Shown here piece by piece: positions 23,636 to 35,362 of a stretch of DNA of 64,000 nt. Position 1 is the first letter of the stretch. Every line of letters starts with the position of its first letter. Below the pieces are notes generated by a model. The model did no database searches and was not told the DNA's origin. It saw only the letters and a list, made by a program, of their open reading frames with translations. This DNA is from Neodothiora populina. Taxonomy: Eukaryota. The translations under genes were made by a program, and so were the position numbers. The stretch is from the NCBI RefSeq assembly GCF_041146345.1, contig NW_027191419.1, positions 1-64,000 on the forward strand, in the 5' to 3' direction.

Positions 23636-26042
23636 ATGCATCTCTTGCGATATCATGTGCTGTGTTTTTCGACCATCGTCTGCTGTGTGGCATCCTTGCT
23701 CTCGACAGATGGTATCAAAGATCTTGTCAAGAGAAGGCTCCCTAACCACGTGGATGACTTCTCCTTCACTCTGATCAACGTTGCCAGTGTAAGCACCAAT
23801 ATCACCGTCGCTGCGAACGATCATTACACAGTATATACTCCAGTAAATGGTACGATAGATATTCAAGGCAACTCATTGAGTGCGCTGGCTAGCGGGTCAG
23901 TATGAAGACTGCATCGGGAGTACAGCAAGATCTGACTGTGCGATTAGTTTGCATTGGTACCTTGCAAGGGTGGCCAATGTCGACATTCACTGGTTCATCG
24001 GAAGCAGGCTGCATCTTGCGTCTCAGCATCTTCCCCGCATCAACGCCTCGTACAGCAGCTCGAGCATAGTGCCATGGAGATACCACTTCAATACTGTGAC
24101 CTTTTCCTACACTTCAGCCTTCTGGACCTGGGAGGACTGGGAGCTTCAACTGGACTGGCTCGCTCTCAGGGGAGTAAATTTACCCTTGGCCTGGGTAGGA
24201 CAAGAGAAAATTCTTTATGATGTATTCTCTGAAGCAGGATTCGAAGATTCCGAGATCTTTTCCTTCCTCAGTGGTCCAGCTTTCCAGGCTTGGAACCGAT
24301 TTGGCAATATACAAGGATCATGGAATGGTAGCCTTCCTACAACCTGGATCGACAGCCAATTTGCTTTGCAGAAGAAGATTCTTAAGAGGATGACAGAGCT
24401 TGGCATGACTCCAGTCTTACCTTGTTTCACCGGCTTCGTGCCATCATCTGCCACTCGACTCTACCCCAATGCGTCTATCGTGGATGGCTCACAGTGGAGT
24501 CACTTTCCGTCCAGATACACTAACGTGACATTCCTTGAGCCTATGGACCCTCATTTTGCCGAGCTGCAAACGAGTTTCATCTCAAAGCAGGCAGATGCCT
24601 ACGGAAACATATCAAGCATTTATACGCTTGATCAATACAACGAAAACAATCCCTACTCAGGGGAGTTGGACTATTTGCGTAATGTCACATACAACACCTG
24701 GCGGAGCCTGAAGAACGCAGATCCGCACGCCACTTGGATAATGCAGGGCTGGTTGTTCTACAGTTCCTCTTCCTTCTGGACCGATGAACGCATTGAAGCA
24801 TTTCTCTCGGGAGTCGAGGTAGATAGCGATATGCTGATCCTAGACCTCTTCTCCGAGTCGAAACCACAATGGCAACGAACAAATTCATACTTTGGCAAAC
24901 CATGGATCTGGTGTCAATTACACGACTACGGTGGGAACATGGGCCTGTACGGTCAAGTAGAGAACGTCACGAATAATCCGATCGAGGCTATTGCGAACTC
25001 CAGCTCTCTGATAGGGTTTGGCTTGACTATGGAAGGCGAAGAGGGGAACGAGATCATGTACGACCTACTCCTTGACCAGGCTTGGTCCAACACGCCGCTA
25101 AACACCGAGATATACTTCCATGACTGGGTGACTACCCGTTATGGTGGGAATGGTCCCGTTCCAGAGCATCTATACCGTGCCTGGGATAGTATGCGTACCA
25201 CTGTCTACAACAACACTAACCTTACTGCTGCGATCGCTGTCACGAAATCCATATTCGAGCTGATACCAAACACGACAGGACTTGGTCGGATAGGTGAGCA
25301 TTCTACCGCTATCCAGTATCGACCAGAAGCCCTAGTGCAAGCATGGAACGCTTTTCACCAAGCTTCCATCATGAATCCGACTTTACTGCAGAGCGCTGCC
25401 TACAAGTTCGATTTAGTCGACGTCACGCGACAAGTCATGGCCAACGCTTTCCAACCATTATATGCAACCTTCGTCGCAGCAGCAAATAGCTCACTCAATA
25501 CGTCATACTCTCCAACAACAGCTGCGAAAGCGGGATCGTCAATGCTCTCACTGTTGTCAGATCTTGACACAGTGCTGGCTGCAAGCGACATTCCTCATTT
25601 CTCGCTTGCCGCCTGGATAGCCTCAGCACGAGCGCAGGCATCTCCAAAGCCTATGAACAGCTCTTCCAGCATCAATTGTACCCGCCTTAGTGACATTGCG
25701 GCTCTCTATGAATACAACGCGCGAAACCAAATCACTTTGTGGGGACCGACCGGACAGATCAGCGATTACGCCTCCAAGCAATGGGGTGGCTTGGTCAAAT
25801 CGTACTACATACCTCGTTGGACTCTGTTTGTGGAGGATCTACTCAAAGGTAGCAACGGCACATCCAGCGATGGCGTCAACCCAGCGTTGACTCAAGCTTT
25901 AATGTCTTTCGAAGAAGACTGGCAGGTCCAAACATGGGGCGAGCGCGCTGATCAGTCGTACGCCACCGCCCAGGGAGGTGATTTTGCTGGAGTGCTGGCT
26001 TCGGTGGTTGACAAGTGGCCTGATGTCTTCGGACATGCATGA
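23636..26042 (+). CDS. Secreted alpha-N-acetylglucosaminidase (GH89, NAGLU-like)
   Basis: Signal peptide; intron 23896-23947; RYHFNTVTFSYT, LDWLALRGVNLPLA, GPAFQAWNRFGN, DQYNEN, TMEG, NARNQITLWGP and DYASKQWGGL. Confidence 0.95.
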
Positions 26043-27838
26043 TAGTACGAAAATTACAAGAAACCTTGCGTGACTGATTGGGACTTGCATCGTATCTTGT
26101 ATGGATGTGATATGTGCATTTCTTCATGTTCTCCTGGTCGTGGGATAGCATCTTTGATATCTTCAAAGGTAGTCTCGAAAGCTTCATCTAGCCTATTGCG
26201 AGGAGTTGAGGGGATGGGTGGTCGTCAAGACCATGACACTGGAAAGTGTGCATATTTTGGGCATCTTGACTACATTATGTTGCCAGACATGGGCGATTCC
26301 TGGTCATGATGGAGGTGGGGTGTGAAGAGCCATGTGGTGCGCGGCCATCCAGCAGCAAGATCGGCGAGTGATGGCCACAAGTCTTTGCAACAACGAGCGA
26401 ATAGTCTTCTTGACTGGAAGTACAAAGATGCATACGCAAAGAGTAGAGACTTTTCATCCTAGATTATGTACAAGATCGTACGAAGAGTTGAGTGTTGCCT
26501 GTACCAGGCCCAGAAAGTCATACATTCGAGGTAAATACAGAATCGTTGTAGGTGTGATTTGCATCACCTGCGTCACTCCTCGTCGAAGGCAAAAGCTGAG
26601 AGATCGCCCTGACTGAGACGATCCTGGTCCTTACAGTACTCTCGGATCAGATGCTCTGAGGGACGACCGAAGCTGGGGAAAAGATATCAGTAGACATTCC
26701 GATTTAGAGTCCACACGCCGGTGAATGAGTGTGATTCTGATACCGAGACTCAAAACAACTTACAAATTGTCAAATGGTTCTTCGGTAATCCTGACATAAC
26801 CATCCCACTTGACGAAAAAGAAGACCTCGGTTCCATCGTCGCCCTGGAATAGCGAACCGTCAGCAAGTTAAGCGTCGCGATACGCGAAGCTGATCACGAA
26901 TGGCCTACAGATCTGACGGAGTGACCAACGATTTTCATCACGTCGAATTTGGTGCATGGTGATCTGCGTTTGGCACTGGGCTTCGCAATCTTTTGGATGG
27001 CATTGACGGCTGGTATTTTTGAGATGTTTCTGACCAAGCATCTGGAAGATCTTCTGGTGGCACAGTATATGTGGTGATTGCAGGGTCGAGGCGTCTGGTT
27101 CGTGCCATTGTTGATAATCTATGTAATGACCTAAATGGCGAGATTTGATCGAACGTTGATGCGTTGTTGGAGATGTTTGATCTGGAGTGGAGGAGAAACT
27201 TTGATCACTGCACGGCGTGCGCGCAGGCCCCTCTGTCCCTCCGGCCTCGTTGTAAGATCTTAAACAAGGCCGTCGCATCCCAAGTCACCTAACCTCAACT
27301 CCGACTGTCTACATGATGACAGGGCTGTATGGAGAACAGGCTCCGCTTATTGGTAGTTGCACAACTATGCATCGAGGGACCAACATGTAGGTCGACGATT
27401 TCGGACGTTCGATGCAATAATATGAGATGAATTGTGCTACTCACAGTGCGCTCATACCTCGAGAACCACAGGCCACATTCTTTGGTGTATGCCGTTTACG
27501 AGACAGTTCTTTCGCTCATCTACAGGTCTTCCTATCAACGCAATGAGTTGATTGCTCGTGGCATTTCGGCGGCCATGTCGTTGACATCGATCCTTCGTAG
27601 GGCAGCCTTTCTCCCAGGCGACCTCGATGAGGTTCGATGAATGTGTGGCCCTGCCGTTCACAGGAGGGAGATCAATCATACGACCAACTAATGACTCTTT
27701 CGTTGATGTTGTATAACAGCTTCGACGCTAGAGTAAGCACTAGTCTTGGAAGACTATCTCTGCACGCTATACTGATTAGTTGCATGGGAAATATTGCAAC
27801 AATTTGATCAGCACACATAACAAAAGGGCAAAAACAAA

Positions 27839-27957
27839 ACATACAACAGCTGGGATTCCCACGTGGTCACCCACCGTAGTACTAATCAGCCGGTCAACTG
27901 CTTATGTCTGGCAGAGCGGACGGGATGCCCAGTTCTCAGCTGCCTGTGGCCGTATGT
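27839..27957 (-). rRNA. Dispersed 5S rRNA gene (type 1)
   Basis: 119 nt ACATACGGCC...CATCCCGTCCGCTCTG...TTAGTACTACGGTGGGTGACCACGTGGGAATCC...TGTATGT, followed by a T-rich Pol III terminator. Confidence 0.97.
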
Positions 27958-28398
27958 GCTTGTGTCTAATTCTAACAACATAATATCCCTTTAAACACAG
28001 CAATGCTGAACGACCATCTCAGTAACACTGATCACTGTCAGCACTGCTCACCGCGCCAAATATATACCGAGCTCATATGCACCCTATCAAGTCGCCGTTG
28101 ACAAACTTTCGGTGAAACATTGAGGATATAGCTATGTCTAATCTCAGTTCTCGCCTCTGTGATGACGCAGGTCTGCTCGATCCAGGGAAGTCTAGCTATA
28201 CATCTCTGCTGCATAGCATATATAGAGGGTAACATAGTTGCGGACAGCTTGTCCTCCCTCGGTTCTGTGCTGGCACTACCTAGGAACCGTTATTCACTGT
28301 TCCTTTTCCACAGATCGCAAAAACCACAGGCCTTCACAAGGATATGAGATCAAGCAGGGTTTCGAAATTTTCCAATCATCACTATGTAGGCTAAAACA

Positions 28399-28824
28399 CT
28401 AGCTGGGTAACATGCTCAGAACTTTGACCATGGCCGTATTCAGATAGGCAACGTCCTTCTCCAGAGTCTTGAAATCCTCCTCTCGGATCTTGGCCTCCTT
28501 CTCAAGAATCTTGACTCGCTCTGACAGACTTGTGATTGAGTTATCTTCCTGCATGGCCTGAGGGATGAGCGAAGGTTGAGCTCGTGCTTGAAAGCTATTC
28601 CATTCCTTCGAAAACGGCTCAGGGCTGGGCTGCGAATTCACACGGCGGTGTAGGGGGTGAGGAGGGCGCATGCTACTCGTCTGTCCACTTGTATGATGTA
28701 CCGGAGTGGCAGGAGGCGCCATAGTAGATGAGATCGATTGAGTGCAGCGCAAGTCACGTCTAACAGAGGCAGGCCGCATTGGCGGAGAGCTCATAAGGTA
28801 CTTGAACTGTGGCTCGTGATCCAT
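28399..28824 (-). CDS. Hypothetical protein, disordered N-part and C-terminal coiled coil (possibly last exon)
   Basis: 141-aa ORF with heptad pattern LSERVKILEKEAKIREEDFKTLEKDV; branch/acceptor-like signal just upstream. Confidence 0.55.
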   Translation of the reverse strand: MDHEPQFKYLMSSPPMRPASVRRDLRCTQSISSTMAPPATPVHHTSGQTSSMRPPHPLHRRVNSQPSPEPFSKEWNSFQARAQPSLIPQAMQEDNSITSLSERVKILEKEAKIREEDFKTLEKDVAYLNTAMVKVLSMLPS

Positions 28825-29735
28825 ATTATCAGGCTCTGCTCTCTATTGTCAGCATCGGGTCGTGAGTGAATTCCATCTGAGATAAGAGACCTATAGCGCT
28901 AGTGTTCCATTGGGCGACGTGGGTATCATCGACTCAGGTATCGATTGATAGTCAGCTCCTGTCTCTCATTAACCTCGCTTGCAAATGTACTTTAGCGGCG
29001 ACATACTTGACGAGATGGCGGACGTGAACATTCAAGAGGAGTTTAATTTTGTGACAGTGCTGCAGTTGGTTGAGAAAATATGTAAGCACATTACAAATCG
29101 AAAACGTGGTGATTCGTAAGAAGAAGAAAACATGTATAATGGTTGGAGTGAAATAAGAAATACCAAAACTTCAAGTTGCTGCTGGACAAGGCAATAGCGA
29201 TCCATAACTGAGTTTGGAATGTTCCCGCGTGTCAGTTGTATACAAGTCTTATGCTAAGGTACCTATCGCCGCCAATTGTCGCCGACGGTATCTCAGGACC
29301 AATATGACTCTGTAGCCCGTGAAGTTGCTTCTCAGAGACTGAGCTAGCATTGGCGTCTGAAATATATCTGGGACATATCTGAATCGGTAATGAAGGCAAA
29401 TATGGAAGCTTCCATGGATGAATGTTCAATTCTGTCACATAGCTACAATTTCTACGGACCTCTCAACGCACGTGCCGCTGCCTCCATCGGTCCTCTGAAT
29501 CGAACTATCGCCATTCGAATTCGCGTTCCTCGCACCTGATCTGATAATGAACGTCGGTTCCAGAAGACAGCTCTTTAAAGGAATGTCAGAAGCTGCTGAA
29601 CCATAATGCATCACTGCTAAGTATCGATGCGCCATTCTGATGGATGACAGGCAGTCGTCGTTCTTGTTGTCTGTGCTGCCTGGCTCTACGAAGATTGAGC
29701 GATGATACGAAGCGGTTTATCTCGCTACGTCTCGC

Positions 29736-30095
29736 CTAGTTGGGACAATCACCGGCAGAAGAGTATGAGCTGAGTGCGTTGGAGCCTCCATTGCCGTTGG
29801 TAGTTTGGAAACACTGGCCGACTGGCACGCTGTCCGGTCCATGCACACACTTGCGGAGTGTCTGCGCTCCAGCACAAGCTTGGCGCGAATAGGCTGTCAA
29901 CTGCTGGGAACTTCCTCCCTGAGTTGTAACTTTCAGAGACTGAAACCCGCCAGGGTACTTGCAGGTGTTGTCATAGACGTTGATAGAGCGAGCGGAGCCG
30001 GTGCAGTCCTTCGTGTCGTAAATATCAACGACATATGCCTGGGAAACTGCCGAAATGCCAGCGGTGGCGACGAACAAGGATTGGAAGAACTTCAT
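29736..30095 (-). CDS. Small secreted Cys-rich protein (119 aa, 6 Cys), effector candidate
   Basis: MKFFQSLFVATAGISAVSQA signal peptide; TATAAAG about 155 nt upstream; intronless. Confidence 0.85.
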   Translation of the reverse strand: MKFFQSLFVATAGISAVSQAYVVDIYDTKDCTGSARSINVYDNTCKYPGGFQSLKVTTQGGSSQQLTAYSRQACAGAQTLRKCVHGPDSVPVGQCFQTTNGNGGSNALSSYSSAGDCPN

Positions 30096-33000
30096 GATGT
30101 CGGTTTGCAAAGTGGATCGTTGTGGTATATGTGGATGAATGTAGGATAATGTGGAGAGGTTGTACAGTAATGTAGTAAGTTTGGTAGTCGAAGAGCTATT
30201 TGTGAGATTGTTGTTGGTATCGAAGTCATCGCTGCAAGCTATCCCTTTATATACCATCGTCGACAGAAAGGATTACTTTGCGAGTCCTAGGATAGTATAT
30301 CAGCCCCATCGATCATTACCTAATCGGTCGCCAGCACTGCTTTGACCACGACAATATGGTCGCATGACTCCTCGTACGGGTTTCACTTCTTGATACTGCT
30401 AGGTAGCTTTCGCCGAATTTAGTTATCAGGCATACTACAACAACTAAGCTAGGAAGTCCTGGATTCGTAGAAGGATTGACAGTAGTCTGTATTGGAATGA
30501 TGTTCGAAGCACGGATATGGTGTAGTTCGCAGATCTTTTGTTAGTCATCATGTCGATCCCATCTCGAAGATTAATTCTGCGGACGAAAGCCCGGACAGAC
30601 CCACTTCAATCTATTGACCGGATTGGGTGCCTAAGGAAGCTCAGCCACATCGACTGACAGTATTACCACTTCTGGGTTCCTCCTCTACATTGCTTTGGGA
30701 TCATCAGTTCCAAAATCGAAAAAGACCCATTTTCATCCTTCACCGGTATGAGTTGTCCACGAAAGCTCGGGCATATGGGAGCCCGTGACTACACTGATGT
30801 CTCACAATGTCCGGATTCCTCATCCATGTCTTCCATCGATGTATTTGCAGCAAATGCTCCCTATGGCTGAAGCCACCTGGATCTAAAGATGGTCCACGTT
30901 GTCCACGATGGACGCGGCCTCATACAGCCACGCATCTTCCAGCTCCAGGTTCGACAACTGATACTAGTGAGGACTGTACTAAGCTCAATTACTCCACTTG
31001 AGGATTCGGCGCATATTGCAAAGCAATAAAAAGAAAGTTGTAGGCGATACTGGGGCGGTTGTTGGGCAAACAAGCCGTGTCGTATAGCAATCAGGAACGG
31101 AAGGAAGCTGTAGACATCATCCAGTGCGCGAATAATTATCTCTTGATTGTATGTTGCTCGTCACTGGTTATTCGACCGAGGGAACATCAGACGGGAGGCG
31201 TTAAGCCCTTTGCATGGAACAGCATGCGCATAATGGACGTTTCGGTAGCGGCGATCGGCATGTGTCACGCGAAAAACACTCTGCTACATCTGAGTCATAT
31301 TTCTGGGTTAGAAGCAGGCTATGTATGATGGTGCTGGAAGAGTGCCTTAGCGACTATCGCACAGAGCCTTTCAACTTTGGCCGGCTTTGCTTGATTCCAT
31401 GCCGCGACTAAGGTTTGAATAACATGACTCTGTTAGGTACCTTAGATAATGGACATGCAGTAAGTCGAGGCAGTGCCGAAGAGGGCCGACATATGTTGTG
31501 ATGTTAGTTCTTGCAAGGATCTGCTGTGGGGGCCTCCCTGGTCGTGGCGTGCAGGCGTAGACAACTCAACAGCGAGTCGTGACTTATCCTCCTAGGTATA
31601 CACTGCCTCATTTTGTGTAAGTAGATAAGGATCTTATTAAAGGGAGCACGCCAAGTACCGGAGAGTGTATCATGGGATCATGTGCCGTAATCCTCCCGGA
31701 GCGACTATACGAATGGGTAGTTCCTTTGAAAGCATTGAAGGGAGAGGGAGTCATCATGAAACATGGCCAGCGTAGTTGGAATTTAGGGTTCAGTGCTCTT
31801 GCCCAATGGATTCGGGGCACGGCGATCCGCAATGAATTGTTAAGCATCCAGCAGGAGATCTCGTCGGAGGTCCAGAGGAGCAATCTGTACCAAAGACATC
31901 GCAGACGTGCGTACGTAGCCATCATGAGAGATTGATCAGCGTCAAGCGAGTTGTCAGATGAGTAGTCTGACCAGACGAACCAATGTACACGAAAGCTGTT
32001 GGCATTGATGCTAGTTCTGTCTTCGATGGCGCAGTTGCTAGTGTTGCTGTAGAGCGAGCAGCCCGATCCTCGTGAGAGCAACAGGCGGTTCTTTAGATGA
32101 TTGCAATGACACATAAGCTGCGTAATTTGGACTACGAGGACTAATAAGGATGAGATTCCTCACCGAGATGTGAACACCTTTCTTCTGGGGCTTACGTAAC
32201 TCTCATCGATGGAGGCATATCTGAAAGATAACCTGTACGTTTCGTGTGAGCCCTAAGACGTGTTTGACTTCATGCTTCAAGCATGGCAGGTCTCATTAGG
32301 GGAACGTCCTGTAAATGGCTCGGGTATTGAGAGTTCGAGAATGCTCTGTCATCTCGCCCTTGACGGCCAGGGTAGGTTGAGGTCTGAATGACAGAGTTGA
32401 TGATACGCCAGACATGCGTGTAGCTGGCAGATTCGACTTCTCCATGGTATCAACAGATATCTTGTTTAACAAACGGTAAGGATGACGGTGACAGACAGTA
32501 CCCTGTCATCGATGAGTGAACGCAACAGCCAGAAAGGACCTAAAGTTATGATCACATTGGCTGGAACAAGCCAATTCGACTGGTGTGTGGACTACCCTCA
32601 ATTTATGTCCTGGACTCAGAAGGTCGGCATAGGAAAGACGTCCCTACCAGACTTATGCATACGGCGAACCTCCAAGATCGCAACATTGCAACAGCTAGAT
32701 CTATGATGAGTCTGACAATGACGCAACAGACTAAGCGTGTCAGTAGTACATGTTACTGTCGAGGCTGGTTTTGCAACATCTCATACGCTGTGTAGATGGT
32801 CGCGCAAAGCTAGTGAGAAAGCGCTGCAATTGCCAGTAATTGCGAGGGCATGAAATCTCCACTGAGGCTTCAAGGTGTACTGTAGTTTACTTTGAGTTTT
32901 TTTGGCTGGATTCAATTTCAAAGCTTAACTACAAGGTTTAACGCAACAGGCTCGAGCTTGGCATATTGATGCAACAGCCTCAGGGACATTGCGACCCCAG

Positions 33001-34617
33001 CACATCGTTCCTTACAGCAGTGCTGACGTTCATTCTATCAGGCCACCTTCGCTGTTCCGCTCGCCGATGTCGATGATATCCGATTGTCTATACAGTCCTG
33101 ATTTTCAATAATCCTGGGATATGGTGGTGATGTGGCTAGGAGCGAGGAGTTGCTGGCAGGCAAACGTCTAGAACGCGGAGAAGCTACTACCGTGACTGTT
33201 ACTGGAGACGCAAGGGCAGGAGGGACACTTGATGGAGAAAATGCATACGACGAAGAGGCGACATTACTTCTACACACGCATCAAGCGTTAATAAATATCG
33301 ATCAACGGCAGCTGCAAAGCTGTCCGGGAAAAGTACTGTGTTTCACATCCAGCTCCCCCACCCGCATGATCCTTGAAGTGCTTCTAGTGCCTTCAGTATT
33401 TACAGAGGCGACCTGGAACTGTCGGCCAAGTTATTGCTACAGCGCAATCCTGAGAAGTAAACACGCTTATGATTTTGGTCCATGTTCACTTGTCGTGGCT
33501 TCTAGGTATCTACGACTATATCGATTGATTCTACGGGTGAAATTGCCCGAAAACAAGGGCAACCCTGGCTGAGCCTGAATACACAATGGACAGAACGGAG
33601 TACAGAGCGACTCGTTCTTACCTGGATGTCATCAACCTTTCACCGAAGAGTCATTGAGTATTCGCTGAACTTCAATTAGAGACTTATCAGCCGCAGAGCA
33701 TCACGAGTAGCAAGAGCAGCAGAAGCGGGGAAAGCAACAGCCCACTATATTAGTACTGTTCGTAAGTACCTTGAATAGATCGTTATGAGGGCGAAGAGTC
33801 TGCGGCGCGTCCCGAGATCACGGTCAAGTAAAGGGCGGAGTGAATCTGGGTGATTTTCATAATAGTGGCATTCACCAATATTATGTTCAATCGCAACCCG
33901 CCTAATACCTCTCACTGGCATCTCGGTCTTTTTCCGATCGCTATCTAGATCAACTGCGGTTTTAGATTGCTGACTTCAGCTACCATCTATCTCAACGTCG
34001 GAGGGCCCAGTACTCGAGGCCATACCGACGGCATCGCGGCAAGACAAAATGACGGCTATGGCTGTGCCTCATGTTCTAGTAAAGACCTCCTCCCTCATTA
34101 TCATTCCTCTTGCCTGTGCTTCCGGACATGCCGGATAGCATGACGAACGAACAATGATTCCCCGAGCTTCTCCTCACGAAGGACATATGCGAAAATAAGT
34201 GCATATGATCATCAACTGATAACACTCCAGCCCTTGTACCGTCTTTCCTCATTCTTACTCCCTGCTTCAGCTGTTCAGGACACGATTGGTCGGAGAGGAT
34301 CGGAGCTATACCATATTCGAACACCCCGGAATCCCGACCTCCCGAGATTCCGAGAGTAATAAGTCCGCGCTTCTACCCCCATGTCAGACTACAACGCGCA
34401 ACGATCCGCATCATAACCGATCTGCTAGTGAGAGCGGTCTGCAAGAGTCCGGGTAACCGGCTAGTTGACTTTGGAGTCCCTGGTATACCTAGTTGTGTTT
34501 GATTGTCCGAGATCATAAATACAGAAATGGCGCTGGGTATATACAGTACAGGCACGGCACGTTCTTTTGATTATCCACTGCAGAGAAATTTTATTTCGAC
34601 TCCTCCTCACTATAGAA

Positions 34618-35362
34618 ATGTTCTATAGACCTGCTATTGACGATCACGGGCTCGATCATGATCCTTTCAAGGTCAGTCATCTGGTACCAATAGAATTATA
34701 GTGTCTGCATACTGATGAAATGCCAGGCATGTGTGGTACCCCGCGCCATTGGCTGGATCTCCACTCTCTCCAAGGATGGAAAAGCCAACCTTGCCCCTTA
34801 TAGTCAATTCACAAACGTGACTTTCGATCCGCCATATGTCATGTTTTCGTCTAATCAGACGCAAGAAGGACTGCGCAAGGACACTGTAGTGAACGCGGAA
34901 CAGACTGGGCATTTTGTCTGGAACCTCGTAACGTATCCTCTTCGCGAAGCTATGAACATCACAGCCCAGCAATTTCCCCCCGGCGTCGATGAATTCGAGG
35001 AGGCTGGGCTAGAAAAGGAAAAGGCTCGTCTCTCTGATGTGCCCATGGTCAAGGAGAGCCCTGTCCGCTTCGAGTGCAGCTACCACACCACGCTGCGCCT
35101 ACCAGGTAATCCTCCGATGGGTAGCGTCGACATCATCATCGGTAAAGTCGAAGCGGTTCATATTGCCGATGATGCTCTCACGGACGGTTTGCTCGACATT
35201 CAGAAAACGGAGCCTATCGCAAGGTGTGGTTACTATACTTACGCACGCGTGACGCAGACGTTTGAGATGAAGATCCCTGGAAATTCCGCAGCAACTCTCA
35301 ATGGCTTGGAGGGCAATCCACGGAAAGTCGCCAAATTTGAGGCAGAGAAGAATAATGCATGA
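34618..35362 (+). CDS. Flavin reductase-like FMN-binding protein (DIM6/NTAB family)
   Basis: HDPFK|ACVVPRAIGWIST..NLAPYSQF, KDTVVNAEQTGHFVWN, DEFE.AGL and ESPVRFEC; intron 34672-34726. Confidence 0.92.

Noticed and set aside
19443..26042. Secondary-metabolite gene cluster around the monooxygenase
   Set aside because: No PKS, NRPS, terpene synthase or cluster regulator in the window; neighbours are functionally unrelated.
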